Below the pieces are notes generated by a model. That model was not told where the DNA came from. It searched no databases and saw only the letters and a program-made list of their open reading frames with translations. Positions 52,269 through 63,027 of a stretch of DNA of 64,000 nucleotides are shown piece after piece; the stretch's first letter is position 1, and each line of letters opens with the position of its first letter. Position numbers and translations under genes: made by a program. The stretch is taken from the NCBI GenBank assembly GCA_963789395.1, contig CAWBKP010000012.1:64001-128000 (forward strand). The letters are read 5' to 3'. This DNA is from an uncultured delta proteobacterium (GTDB lineage Bacteria; Desulfobacterota; Desulfobacteria; Desulfobacterales; Desulfatirhabdiaceae).

Positions 52269-53060
52269 ATGAACCTTGCTCAACTCAGTTCTCTGAAAAC
52301 CTGGTTTAAAAATTATGTAGCGGATTTTTATACCGGAAATGATGACGATGACCGGAATATCCGCTTGAAGGAGGAACACACTCACCGGGTATGCCGGAAT
52401 ATCACTGACCTGGTGAACAGCCTGGGACTGCCTTCGGAAGATGCCTGCCTGGCGGAGGCCATCGCACTGCTTCATGATATCGGCAGGTTCATGCAATACC
52501 GGAAATACCGTACATTTTTCGATCGAATCTCAGAAAATCATGCGCGGCTGGGAATCAGGGAACTGGCCCTGGGCCGCGCCCTGTCCTGTCTGGAATCGCA
52601 GGACCGTCGTATTCTGGCCCGGGCTGTTTCGTTTCACAATGCAGCCACGCTTCCGGACAATGAACCAGAACACGTGCTTTTATTCATGAAACTGATCCGG
52701 GATGCGGACAAGCTGGATATCTGGCGGGTGGTGACCGATTATTACCGGGAAAAAGATATCCGTCCCAATAAGGCCATTGAACTGGGCCTGCCGGATCCTC
52801 CGGAATGTTCCGAGGCGGTTATCCGCTCCATTTTGAATCATCGATTCGCATCGGTCAATGATATCAAGACACTGAATGATTTCAAATTGCTTCAGATCAG
52901 CTGGGTCTTTGATCTGAATTTCCGGAAATCCTTTCTTCTGTTGAAAGAACACCGGTATATTGACGCCATCCACGATACCCTTCCTGATCTTCCCGCGATA
53001 CGGCGTGCCGTGAATCATGCCATCCATTATCTGGATGCCGGATGTGCCGGTTTTTCTTAA
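52269..53060 (+). CDS. HD domain phosphohydrolase
   Basis: LKEEHT.RV, LLHDIGRF.QY, NHA and IRDADKLDI. Confidence 0.88.
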   Translation: MNLAQLSSLKTWFKNYVADFYTGNDDDDRNIRLKEEHTHRVCRNITDLVNSLGLPSEDACLAEAIALLHDIGRFMQYRKYRTFFDRISENHARLGIRELALGRALSCLESQDRRILARAVSFHNAATLPDNEPEHVLLFMKLIRDADKLDIWRVVTDYYREKDIRPNKAIELGLPDPPECSEAVIRSILNHRFASVNDIKTLNDFKLLQISWVFDLNFRKSFLLLKEHRYIDAIHDTLPDLPAIRRAVNHAIHYLDAGCAGFS

Positions 53061-53158
53061 TAGACATTGGATAATAACGGGAGCATACGGTCGGCATACT
53101 GATGTGTTTTTTCTCGTTAAAAATAAATCTGCCCCATTTCCCCGTTTACTGTTCCAAA

Positions 53159-54602
53159 TTATGCACCGAATGTGGTGATGACCCGGGAGATCAGGGACTG
53201 CAGGGGAGCGGGAAACAAGCCGGCCCACAGCACGCCGCATAGAATCAGGGCAAAAGCAATGCGTGCGGCAGTGCCAAAGCCGCTGGTGGTCAGGGCCAGG
53301 TCTGTTTTCGGCTTCATGAACATGACGACGATCACCTTCAGGTAGACATAAACGGACAGGATGGCCGATGCGATACCAATCGCTGCCAGCACCGAATATC
53401 CGGACTGAAGGGCAGCCTTGAACACCATGAATTTGCCGATAAACCCGGCTGTCGGGGGGAGGCCTGCCAGGGAAAGCAGGCTGATGGATCAGAAGCGCCG
53501 CCTGCCAGGGATGGGAATACCCAATACCACGGTAGCTGCTCAGCTCGTCCAGATCGCTCTCCGGAGAGGCGCAAAGCGTTGCAATGGCGCCGAAAGCGCC
53601 CAGATCCATCAGGACATAGGCGATGAAATAAAAGATGACGGCAAGGCCGCCGTCTTCTCTGATTGCCAGCGCTCCCATGGCCGCATAGCCCATCTGCGAC
53701 ACGGACGAGTAGGCCAGCAGGCGTTTTATCCGCGTCTGGACCAGGGCCGTGATGCTGCCGATCAGGAGGGTAGCGGCCGCAAGCGTCCACAGAACCGGTA
53801 TGGACCGGACCCAGAGCCAGTTGGAGGACAGCATCAGGATGCGAAGAAGGCCTGCAAAAACGGCAATCTTGGAACCGGTGGTCAAAAATGCGGTTATTGG
53901 TGTCGGCGCTCCCTGATAGACATCCGGGGTCCACAGATGGAAGGGAACCAGGGAAATCTTGAAGCCTGCCGCCGTCAGAATCAGGCCAAGGGACAGGAGC
54001 ATTCCCGTCGGAGACCCCACATTTTTCAGATTCGCCAGACCGATAGGCATGTCAAGTGTTCCGGTGGACGCATAAAACATGGCAATGCCAAAGGCCAGAA
54101 ACCCGCCGGAAACCATTCCCATGATCAGGTATTTCAGTGAGGCTTCATTCCCCGCCGGATCATCCCGTCGCATGGCGATGAGAATATAAAACGCCAGGGA
54201 AAGCAGCTCAAAACCCAGAAAAAACACCAGCCAGTGGGTTGCACCGGCCACCAGAGACATACCCAGAACCGCAAGGATCATCAGCCCGTAAAATTCATCT
54301 CCTGCCACCTGCCGCAATCCGGCATGCTGATGGCTGAACAGCAGCGATAAAAAAGCCACCAGCGCAAACACCACATTGAAAAAGCGCGCATAGGCGCCTA
54401 TATCCAGCATCTGGAGAAACGGCATCCGTCCGCCGTCGATCAGAACAGCGGCCACAGCCGCGGAAAGAACCGTGCCGATTGCCAGTGAAAAAAGCAGGGG
54501 CCTTGGCTTGTTTTTCACAAAAGCGCCTACAGTGAAAATGGCGATGCCGCCGCCTGCCAGCAGGAGCTGATAGAGAACGGATTTCCAGGATAATACGGTC
54601 AT
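53159..54602 (-). CDS. nuoN: NADH-quinone oxidoreductase subunit N (frameshift ~53490)
   Basis: EASLKY, FKISLVPFHLWTPDVYQGAP, KRLLAYSS and SLAGLPPTAGF.GKF. Confidence 0.9.
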
Positions 54603-54667
54603 GGTTGATGATCTCGTAAACGGTTATGAATTGTCTGTCCTGCAACCTGAAATACAAAAAATATAAC

Positions 54668-54753
54668 CTCCCCCTTTGAAAAAGGGGGATTGAGGGGGAT
54701 TTTTCTGCGGTTCGTCTGAAATCCCCCGTGGCCCCCCTTTCCAAAAGGGGGGA
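54668..54753. repeat. REP-like doublet (CCCCCTTT..AAAGGGGG family) between nuoM and nuoN
   Basis: Two inverted copies, each an internal hairpin plus a GGGGGATTT/AAATCCCCC tail. Confidence 0.8.
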
Positions 54754-54773
54754 TCAAATATTAAGGTGATAAG

Positions 54774-56303
54774 TTAAGACTCGGATGACAACATACTGAT
54801 ATTCATGGAGCCAAAATCAGTGGTACCGGCTGTTGTGTTCAGTCCGGCCAGGGCCGTCCCGAAGAGTTCCAAAGCCGGTGCCGGATGCAGGCCCAGCCAT
54901 AGCGCTCCCAGACCAAGCGGAATCAAAATGGCCAATTCCCGGCCGGTCAGATCCGCGACCCCGGGCCTGTGCCGTGCTTCTCCCCAGAGGCTTTTCCGGA
55001 GCATCCGCAAGCCATACACCACTGTCCAGAGAAGGCCGATGAATCCGACGGCTGCTGTTCCGGGCCGATCCGTGAAGGTTCCGACCAGAATCAGAATCTC
55101 ACCCACAAAATTGTTGAGGCCCGGAAGCCCGATCGATGCCAGCGTAAAAAACAGAAAAAACCCGCTCCATACCGGTATGGTTTTCCACAGTCCGCCAAGA
55201 TCTGAGAGTTTACGTGTATGCAGGCGCTCATCCAGCATGCCGATCAGGATAAAGAGCGCGGATGTGGTGATGCCGTGGTTGATCATCTGAAGCAGGGAGC
55301 CGCTCAGCGTCGTTATATTCCATACGGCAAGCCCGACAACGATCAGCCCCATATGGCTGATGCTTGAATAGGCCACCAGGCGTTTCAGGTCTTCCTGTGC
55401 CAGGGCGATCCAGCCGGCATAGAAAATAGCCGCCAGTCCCAGGACCATGAAAAGGGGCGCAAAAAAATGGGCCGCTATGGGAAAGAGCGGAAAGGCAAAC
55501 CGGAACAGGGCATAGACACCGGTCTTTAACAGCAGGCCGGCCAGAATCACGCTGCCGGCCGTGGGCGCTTCGGTGTGCGCATCCGGAAGCCAGGTGTGCA
55601 CCGGTATCAGCGGAATCTTGATGGCAAAGGCCAGGGCAAAGGCGCCAAAAAGCATCAGTTCCACGGGCAGGCTGAAAGAAGTGTGCATCAGTTGCAGCAG
55701 GGCAAACGTGGTTTCACCCGTCTGCCGGGCATGCAGAATGTGCAGGCTCAAGAGGGCCAGCAGCATCACAAGGCTTCCGGAAATGGTGAAGAGTGCAAAC
55801 TTGACCGTGGCGTAGATGCGACGGGAATGCCCCCAGATGCCGATCAGAAAAAACATCGGGATCGACTGGACCTCCCAGAACAGGTAAAAGAGAAACAAAT
55901 CCGTTGCCAGGAAGACTCCCAGGACCCCGGTCATCATGGCCAGCAGGAAAAAATGAAACGCGGCCACATGGTCCGTGATTTCTCTCCAGGATACCAGTAC
56001 TGCCAGCGCGCCGAGGGCGGTGGTCAGCAGGATCAGCATCAGGCTGATACCGTCCAGTGCCAGGGTAAAGCGGATTCCCAGCGAATCCATCCAGGAAAAA
56101 TCTTCAACCCGCAGCCAGTTTCCGGCAAATTCTGCCGGCCGGGGATCTAAAGCAAAAATCGACAGCACCAGAACAACGTCCGTCAGCATTACCGTCAGCG
56201 CCAGCAGACGGCACGCCCGTTCGTTTTGACGGCATGCCAGCGCTGCCAGCGCACCCAGCAACGGCAGAAAAACAATTGTGCCAAGCAGCGGAAATGCATT
56301 CAT
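54774..56303 (-). CDS. nuoM: NADH-quinone oxidoreductase subunit M
   Basis: LDGIS, FYLFWE, HTWLPDAHTEAPT and KRLVAYSSISHMG. Confidence 0.95.
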   Translation of the reverse strand: MNAFPLLGTIVFLPLLGALAALACRQNERACRLLALTVMLTDVVLVLSIFALDPRPAEFAGNWLRVEDFSWMDSLGIRFTLALDGISLMLILLTTALGALAVLVSWREITDHVAAFHFFLLAMMTGVLGVFLATDLFLFYLFWEVQSIPMFFLIGIWGHSRRIYATVKFALFTISGSLVMLLALLSLHILHARQTGETTFALLQLMHTSFSLPVELMLFGAFALAFAIKIPLIPVHTWLPDAHTEAPTAGSVILAGLLLKTGVYALFRFAFPLFPIAAHFFAPLFMVLGLAAIFYAGWIALAQEDLKRLVAYSSISHMGLIVVGLAVWNITTLSGSLLQMINHGITTSALFILIGMLDERLHTRKLSDLGGLWKTIPVWSGFFLFFTLASIGLPGLNNFVGEILILVGTFTDRPGTAAVGFIGLLWTVVYGLRMLRKSLWGEARHRPGVADLTGRELAILIPLGLGALWLGLHPAPALELFGTALAGLNTTAGTTDFGSMNISMLSSES

Positions 56304-58204
56304 AGATTAAGTGCCCACCACGCTGCGGTCAAGCCGCACAATATCAGGGTAAATCCGGCAACCAGCATGGAGACATACTGGGAGACCCTCCCTGTGGTCC
56401 AGAGTCGCAGCCTTTCCGCCAATGTCAGGAAGGAAAGGGCGCTTCTGTCAAGGCCCGCATCCACCCATCCGGCATCCACCTGCTGCCATAAAAATCCGGC
56501 AGCTGTTCGGAAGGGGGCAACGATCCGTCTCTGGTAGAGTCGATCCAGATAAAAGCCGTTCAGAAACAGGGCATACAGCTTGTTTTGAAATGTTTCTTCG
56601 CCGTATTCACGTGCCGGTATGCGTACGCCGTAATAGATCCAGGCGACAATCACCATGGTGATCGAGATAACCGCCGATCCTGCCTGCATGGCGGATTCCA
56701 TCTTCATGGATGCATGCAGCTGCGGTGCTGCCCCTGGAACCGATGCCAGGTAATGTGCCAGCCACGCGTTTCCGGTCAAGTTGACCGGAAGATTCAGAAA
56801 ACCCGCCAGCACGGAAAGCGCGGCCAGGGGCCACAGGACCCGTGACATCAGCTTGGGCACCGGAGCCGGAGCATGATCGCTATCGGCACGGGACTGCCCG
56901 AAAAACACGATAAAAAACAACCGGAACGCATAAAGCGGCGTGATGGCGGCAGCCATTGCCCCAAAGGCCCAATAAATTTTGTAAACCGCCAGGGGGTGAA
57001 GGAATACTGCCAGCAGGATCTGATCCTTGCTGAAAAAGCCCGCTGTCAGGGGAAAAGCGCCCAGGCTGGCCGTTCCTGCCAGAAACAGCCAGAACAGGTG
57101 CGGCATGTGTTGCCGCAGCCCGCCCATCCGGAATATGTCATGTTCTTCATGAAACGCGTGAATGACGCAGCCTGCGGCAAGGAAAAGAAGGGACTTGAAG
57201 AAGGCATGGGAAATCAGGTGGAACAGGCTTCCGGACAGATCCCCAGCGCCCACGGCCAGAAACATGTACCCCACCTGACTGATGGTGGAATATGCCAGAA
57301 TGCGTTTGATATCCTTTTGAACCAGGGCGGCAACGGCACCGAAGCAGACGGTGATAACGCCCACAAAGGCGATGAGGGCCATCAAGACCGGCGAACCCTG
57401 GATGACGGGGAAAAACCGCATCAGCAGATAGACACCGGCGGTGACCATTGTGGCGGCGTGAATAAGCGCCGAAACCGGCGTGGGTCCGGCCATGGCATCC
57501 GGCAGCCAGACAGCAAGCGGAAGCTGTGCGGATTTTCCGATCGCCGCAATGAGCAGCAAAAGTCCGATAATTCCGGCTGCCTGGGAACTGAGACCGGCGG
57601 CGCCATCGTGAATGCCGGAAACGGAAACATGACCCAGGCTGATCCAGCAGAAAGCGATGGCGATACCGAATGCCACATCCCCCAGACGGGTGACAATAAA
57701 GGCCTTGGCGCCTGCATTTGCAGCCTCGGGTTTTTCATACCAGAAACCGATCAGTGCGTAGGAGCAGAGGCCTACTGTTTCCCAACCCAGGTACAGAAAC
57801 ACCAGGTTACCGGCAACGACAATCACCAGCATGGCGAATACAAAAAGGTTTAAAAAACAGAAATAGCGGGTGTAGCCTTCATCGTGGCGCATGTAGGCTA
57901 TGGAATAAACGTGAACCAGGCAGGACACAAAGGTGACCATGAGCGCCATCACGGCCGCCAGGGGATCATAGTATAGATCCAGGTTTACCTGAAAGGAACC
58001 GGCGGCAAACCACTGTGCCAGGGTTAGGCTGTGGGCCGTATGCCCGCACATGAGAAAAGCGGTCAGAGCCAGGACAAAAGATGCCGAGACAGTGGTACAG
58101 GCAATGATTTCAACCGCACGCCGGGACAGGTGTCTTCCGATCAGCGCCAGAATCAATGCCCCCAGCAGGGGAAATGATATCAGTAGAAAGAGTACCGGTT
58201 TCAC
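56300..58204 (-). CDS. nuoL: NADH-quinone oxidoreductase subunit L
   Basis: GKSAQLPL..WLPDAMAGPTPVSALIHAATMV and HAFFKSLLFL. Confidence 0.95.
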   Translation of the reverse strand: MKPVLFLLISFPLLGALILALIGRHLSRRAVEIIACTTVSASFVLALTAFLMCGHTAHSLTLAQWFAAGSFQVNLDLYYDPLAAVMALMVTFVSCLVHVYSIAYMRHDEGYTRYFCFLNLFVFAMLVIVVAGNLVFLYLGWETVGLCSYALIGFWYEKPEAANAGAKAFIVTRLGDVAFGIAIAFCWISLGHVSVSGIHDGAAGLSSQAAGIIGLLLLIAAIGKSAQLPLAVWLPDAMAGPTPVSALIHAATMVTAGVYLLMRFFPVIQGSPVLMALIAFVGVITVCFGAVAALVQKDIKRILAYSTISQVGYMFLAVGAGDLSGSLFHLISHAFFKSLLFLAAGCVIHAFHEEHDIFRMGGLRQHMPHLFWLFLAGTASLGAFPLTAGFFSKDQILLAVFLHPLAVYKIYWAFGAMAAAITPLYAFRLFFIVFFGQSRADSDHAPAPVPKLMSRVLWPLAALSVLAGFLNLPVNLTGNAWLAHYLASVPGAAPQLHASMKMESAMQAGSAVISITMVIVAWIYYGVRIPAREYGEETFQNKLYALFLNGFYLDRLYQRRIVAPFRTAAGFLWQQVDAGWVDAGLDRSALSFLTLAERLRLWTTGRVSQYVSMLVAGFTLILCGLTAAWWALNL

Positions 58205-58205
58205 G

Positions 58206-58511
58206 TCATCCCTTCAGCAAACTAAAACGATCGGCGTTGGTGGATCCGGTCCGGCGCTGGATACATACGATGAGCGCAAGGGCCACGGCGATTTCAGCAG
58301 CGGCGGCCGTCATGACAAACAGGGCCATGACTTGTCCGTTCATATCCAGCCAGCGCATGGCGGCGGCGACAAATGCGATTCCGGCAGCGTTCAGCATGAC
58401 TTCCACGCCGATCAGGATCATGAAAAGACTTTTCCGTGTCATGGTGCAGGCCGCACCCATCACAAACAGCAGTATCGCCAGAAACAGCATGTGTGTAAAG
58501 GGTATGGTCAT
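58206..58511 (-). CDS. nuoK: NADH-quinone oxidoreductase subunit K
   Basis: EVMLNAA, GQV and AAAE.AVALA. Confidence 0.95.
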   Translation of the reverse strand: MTIPFTHMLFLAILLFVMGAACTMTRKSLFMILIGVEVMLNAAGIAFVAAAMRWLDMNGQVMALFVMTAAAAEIAVALALIVCIQRRTGSTNADRFSLLKG

Positions 58512-59026
58512 GGGGAGCCCTCCTCCGGAGGGTCGGCGCGACGTCCCAGGTAGAGTGCACCGATCAGGGCAGCAAGAAGCAGCAGGGATGCGATTTCGAC
58601 CGGAAACCAGAACTCCTGAAACAGCAGTTTGCCGAATTCACGCGGCGTGCCCATTACGGCCGGCGGGCTCAGCCGGTTCCCGGCATCGGCGAAAACGAGC
58701 AGCCCGGCCGTAAGTCCGCTGATCCCGGCCAGAACCATGGCCGGAAGCCATTTTTTGACGCGTGACCGTTCGTCAATGGGAGACCGCAGGTCTTTGACCA
58801 TCATGACCACAAAGAGAAACAGCACCATGATACCGCCTGCGTAAATGATGACTTCAAGCGCCGCCAGGAGCGGTGCGCCCAGGACATAAAAGAGCACGGC
58901 GGTTCCCATAAAGGAAATCACCAGATAACATACGGCATGGACAGCGCTTTGCCGGGTGATGGCCAGTCCGGTAGCGCTGACGACAACCGCCGCTGCAATA
59001 TAAAAAATAATGTTAAATACGGTCAT
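58508..59026 (-). CDS. nuoJ: NADH-quinone oxidoreductase subunit J
   Basis: VHAVCYL, YAGGIMVLFLFVVM and EIASLLLL. Confidence 0.93.
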   Translation of the reverse strand: MTVFNIIFYIAAAVVVSATGLAITRQSAVHAVCYLVISFMGTAVLFYVLGAPLLAALEVIIYAGGIMVLFLFVVMMVKDLRSPIDERSRVKKWLPAMVLAGISGLTAGLLVFADAGNRLSPPAVMGTPREFGKLLFQEFWFPVEIASLLLLAALIGALYLGRRADPPEEGSP

Positions 59027-59070
59027 CGACACCCTCGATTATGCTTACGGCTTTAGTCTCCTGAAGATTG

Positions 59071-59105
59071 AAATCCCCCTGACCCCCCTTTACCAAAGGG
59101 GGGAA
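59071..59105. repeat. Single REP-like copy between nuoI and nuoJ
   Basis: AAATCCCCCTGACCCCCCTTTACCAAAGGGGGGAA, same family as 54668-54753. Confidence 0.8.
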
Positions 59106-59126
59106 TTATTTTCACGGCAGTAACCA

Positions 59127-59684
59127 TTACGGCATCAGACTCCTGATATCCACAGGCTGTTCCTCCCCGATATGACTTCCCTTTTCGCCGGACATCGCAA
59201 CACCGGCATGGCGGTAAAAATTGTAGTCGCTGTTTTTGCCGCCGTGGTCAACCAGCAGGTCTTCTTTTTCATAAAGCAGTTTCAGGATATCCCGCTGACA
59301 GGTTTCAAAATGCGGCGTGAGCTGAATGGCCAGGGTGGGGCAGGCTTCTTCGCAGAATCCGCAATAAATGCAGCGGGCAAAATTAATGCGGAACCATGCG
59401 GCGTATCGCCTGCCGTCGGCGCGCTCTGCGGACTGCATGGAGATGCAGTTTACCGGGCAGACCCCCGAGCACAGATAACAGGCCACGCACCGCTCATCCC
59501 CGTCCGGATCACGCGTCAGGATGATGGTTGCGCGCGTGCGCTCCGGAAGCCGGCGCTTGAACTCCGGATACGGCTCGGTGATGGGCTTTCGGAACAGATG
59601 CCGCAGCGTCATGGCAAATCCGGAGAAAAGCCCGTGGGCCCCTTCACATATGGATTGGAATAAGGGCTGTTTTTGATTTTCCAT
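59127..59684 (-). CDS. nuoI: NADH-quinone oxidoreductase subunit I
   Basis: ERCVACYLCSGVCP and RCIYCGFCEEACP. Confidence 0.95.
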   Translation of the reverse strand: MENQKQPLFQSICEGAHGLFSGFAMTLRHLFRKPITEPYPEFKRRLPERTRATIILTRDPDGDERCVACYLCSGVCPVNCISMQSAERADGRRYAAWFRINFARCIYCGFCEEACPTLAIQLTPHFETCQRDILKLLYEKEDLLVDHGGKNSDYNFYRHAGVAMSGEKGSHIGEEQPVDIRSLMP

Positions 59685-59686
59685 GG

Positions 59687-60685
59687 TTATTTCCCGAGCA
59701 ACAACAGGGCTGCGCCGGTGACAACGATATTGATCAGAGCCAGGGGCGTCAGAAACTTCCAGCCCATGTCCATCAAGTGATCGGAGCGAAAACGCGGCAG
59801 GGTTCCCCGGACCCAGATCATGCCGAAAGCGATTGCGCCGATTTTACCCAGCAGCCAGACGATTCCGGGGAAAAACGGACCGTGCCATCCGCCCAGGAAA
59901 AACACGGCTGTCAATGCTCCCAATGTTACCAGCGTGACATATTCGCCAAGAAAAAACAACCCGAACCTCAGCCCGCTGTATTCCATGTGGTACCCGGCAA
60001 TCAGTTCGTTTTCAGCCTCCGGCAGATCAAAAGGGATGCGTTTGATTTCCGCCATGGCGCTCACAAAAAAAATGGCAAATGAAACCGGTTGGACAAAAAT
60101 GAACGGGCTGCTTTTCTGCGCAGCCACAATATCCACCAGGCTGAAAGAGCCGGCCAGCATGACCACCGGAACCAGGGACAGCCCCAGCGGCAATTCATAG
60201 CTGATCATCTGGGCAACGCCACGGATGGCGCCCAGAAGGCTGTATTTGGAATGGGAGGCCCAGCCGCCAAGAGCCACCCCGTAAACGCCCAGGGATGAAA
60301 GTCCGAGAACCGCCAGTAGCCCGACGTTCAGATCCGTAATTACCAGCGGGATCCGGTTTCCCCACAGGGTAAGACTGTCTCCAAAGGGCACCACCGCAAA
60401 GATAAGCATGGCGGTCGATGCCGCGATCGCCGGCGCATAGCGGAAAATCATGCGATCCGCCCCCCGGGGAATGAGATCTTCCTTGGTCATCATCTTGATC
60501 AGATCCGCTATCGGCTGCAGCAGACCGAAGGGACCGGCCCGGTTGGGACCGATGCGGATCTGCATCCTGGCCAGAAGTTTTCTTTCGGCCAGCACCAGAT
60601 AGGCGGCTCCGAGCAGCAGGGCCAGCAGCGCTGCCCCGAGTTTAATGATCAGCAGCGTCGCCCCCAATATCCACTGGGCTATCAT
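59687..60685 (-). CDS. nuoH: NADH-quinone oxidoreductase subunit H
   Basis: ERK..AR.Q.R.GPN, AQMISYE and [11 protein letters not shown]. Confidence 0.95.
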   Translation of the reverse strand: MIAQWILGATLLIIKLGAALLALLLGAAYLVLAERKLLARMQIRIGPNRAGPFGLLQPIADLIKMMTKEDLIPRGADRMIFRYAPAIAASTAMLIFAVVPFGDSLTLWGNRIPLVITDLNVGLLAVLGLSSLGVYGVALGGWASHSKYSLLGAIRGVAQMISYELPLGLSLVPVVMLAGSFSLVDIVAAQKSSPFIFVQPVSFAIFFVSAMAEIKRIPFDLPEAENELIAGYHMEYSGLRFGLFFLGEYVTLVTLGALTAVFFLGGWHGPFFPGIVWLLGKIGAIAFGMIWVRGTLPRFRSDHLMDMGWKFLTPLALINIVVTGAALLLLGK

Positions 60686-63017
60686 GTATCAATCCCTTCG
60701 CGGGGAGCATCTCTGCGTTCATCATGAATGCTTCGCAAGGATTCCACGCGTTCAAGAATCACGGAATACGCGGAAAGTTCATCTCTTTCAAAAGAAACAG
60801 AGGGTAACCGTTCGCCTGAACTGTCGCAGGTTGTATCCGGGAGGCGGCCCGCAATTTCTTTGCCTGATTCCATAGCCGTGTTTTTTTGAATAATGTGCAT
60901 GCTGCCCGGTATCTCCAAGCCGTTTTCGACGGGAACATTCAGTTCCGGTCCAATCCGGGACCACAGGTCATGATACGAGGAAACAGCAGGTTGAGATGAT
61001 AAAATGGCGCCTTCCAGTTCTGATAATATTCGCCAGGCCGCCTTGGCGCCTGCGCCGGGAATGTCATTTCGAAATTCCCGCGGCGGATGGCTTCCGTCGG
61101 TCAACTGGGACAACGGCAAACCGCCGGCGTGAACCGGAATGGCCCGTTGCAGACGGCCTTCCTGATTGATGAAGCTTGACCGGGTTTCAAAATGCGTCAA
61201 TGTGGGAAAGATGATGCACATCGGGGCGGATGCGTCCATTGCTGCGAATGCCTGTTCGATAAATAGGATGGTGCGATTGGCCAGATAATCCAGCACCAGC
61301 AGGCATTCAAGTTTTCCCAGCGCGTTTTTCACCCGTTCCGGATCCGGGGATTGAAATAATGGATCGGTTTCCACCAGAATCAGGGCCTTGATAGTTCCGT
61401 TTTCAATGGCGTCAAGAATTCCGGAAAAAGGCGGGCCACCGTCAACGGCAAGGGCCGCGCCATAGGAATTTGCGCCGGGCAGGACATAAAACAGGCCGGT
61501 GCGTCTTTTACCGGATTGAAGCTTAAGGGCCAGATCGGCAGCCAGATTGATGACGGATAGACCGACAGTGTCCGTGCCGCAGACAACCACCGGTCTTTGG
61601 CTGTTATGAAGCATTGCCGACAGGGCCTGCATGCATTTCCGCAGCGTCTGCATCAGATTCTTTAGAAACATCTTTTGTCCGAAATCCCGGCGGCGGTTTC
61701 CGGCAAAACAGATCGCATCAGTTTCCGAAGCGCCGAATTCAGATCCCGGGCAGGCAGGGGCCAGTGCGTGAATTCAAAGGGCAGGGAAATCGGGCGGGAA
61801 TCCAGAACCACGACCGTTGCCCCGGCCCGCTGTGCCTGGCGCATGGCAAGGGCCAGCATGGGCGCCTCTTGGACTGGATCAACACCTAAAACCAAAAATG
61901 CGTCCGCAGTTTCTATTTCGCGAAGGGAAATGGCCAGGTTCGGCTCAAGCCTGCCGACGGCAGCAGATACATTGGCCTGCTGCACATCATCCATAAAATA
62001 GGCGGGGCGCCGCCAGCCCAGAGCACGAGCCATAAATTTTAGACCCATCTGGGTTTCAACGCCGGATCGCGATGAGGCCGCGCAGGCAATGGCATCGGAG
62101 CCGGCAGATTGGGAGATTGCCGAAAGCTGCCGGGCTGCGGTCCGAAGCGCATCTTCATAACCGGCGGTATTGCCCTGAATGCGGGCCTGCCGCGGCCGGT
62201 CCGGATGATTGGCGAAGACAAAACCGAAACGGCCGCGATCACAGATAAAATGGCCGTTGATATCTTCATTGTAGTTAGCTTCAACCCGTATCAGCTCCCG
62301 GTATCGGGCGCTGACCATGGTGTGGCATCCCAGAGAGCAGTGAATGCAAAGCGAAGGCGCCCGCTGAAAATCCCAGCGCCGTCCTTTGAATCGCGCGGGT
62401 TTGTCCGTCAGCACGCCGGTGGGGCAGATGTCGATGAGGTTGCCCGAAAACGGGTTCTCCAGCGGGCCGTTAGCGTATCTGCCGAAATACGTGCTGCCGG
62501 CGATCCCCATGACACCGAAGTCGCGGTACCCGCAGAAATCCTGATAAAAGCGTTTGCAGCGATAGCACTGAATGCAGCGGTTCATTTCGTGCTGGACAAG
62601 CTCGCCCAGGTACTGATCCCGATGGGTGCGTTTTTTGCCCAAATAGCGGCGCACGGCATGACCGCCGGATATGGTTTCGTCCTGCAGCAGGCAGTGGCCG
62701 CCTTCATCGCAGACCGGGCAGTCGTGCGGGTGGTTCAGCATCAGGAGTTCGATGATAAACCGCCTGAAATCCACTGCCTCATCGTCAGTGCTGGAAACCA
62801 CCATACCGTCCCTGGCCTCGACCATGCAGCTCATCTGAAGTCCCTGAACCGGACCCTCCAGAAATTTCACGGCGCACATCCGGCAGGCACCGACCGATCC
62901 GAGCGCCGGATGATAACAAAAGCGCGGAATCATGATGCCTGCCTGCTCGGCTGCGGCAATCACCTTGACGCCCTGTGCAACCTCGATTTTTCGACCGTCG
63001 ATGATCAGTTTCGGCAT
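60682..63017 (-). CDS. nuoG: NADH-quinone oxidoreductase subunit G (frameshift ~61665)
   Basis: FCYHP...GACRMC, HPHDCPVCDEGG.C, RCIQCYRC, CIHCSLGC and CDRGRFG. Confidence 0.9.
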
Positions 63018-63027
63018 TTCCGTTCTT

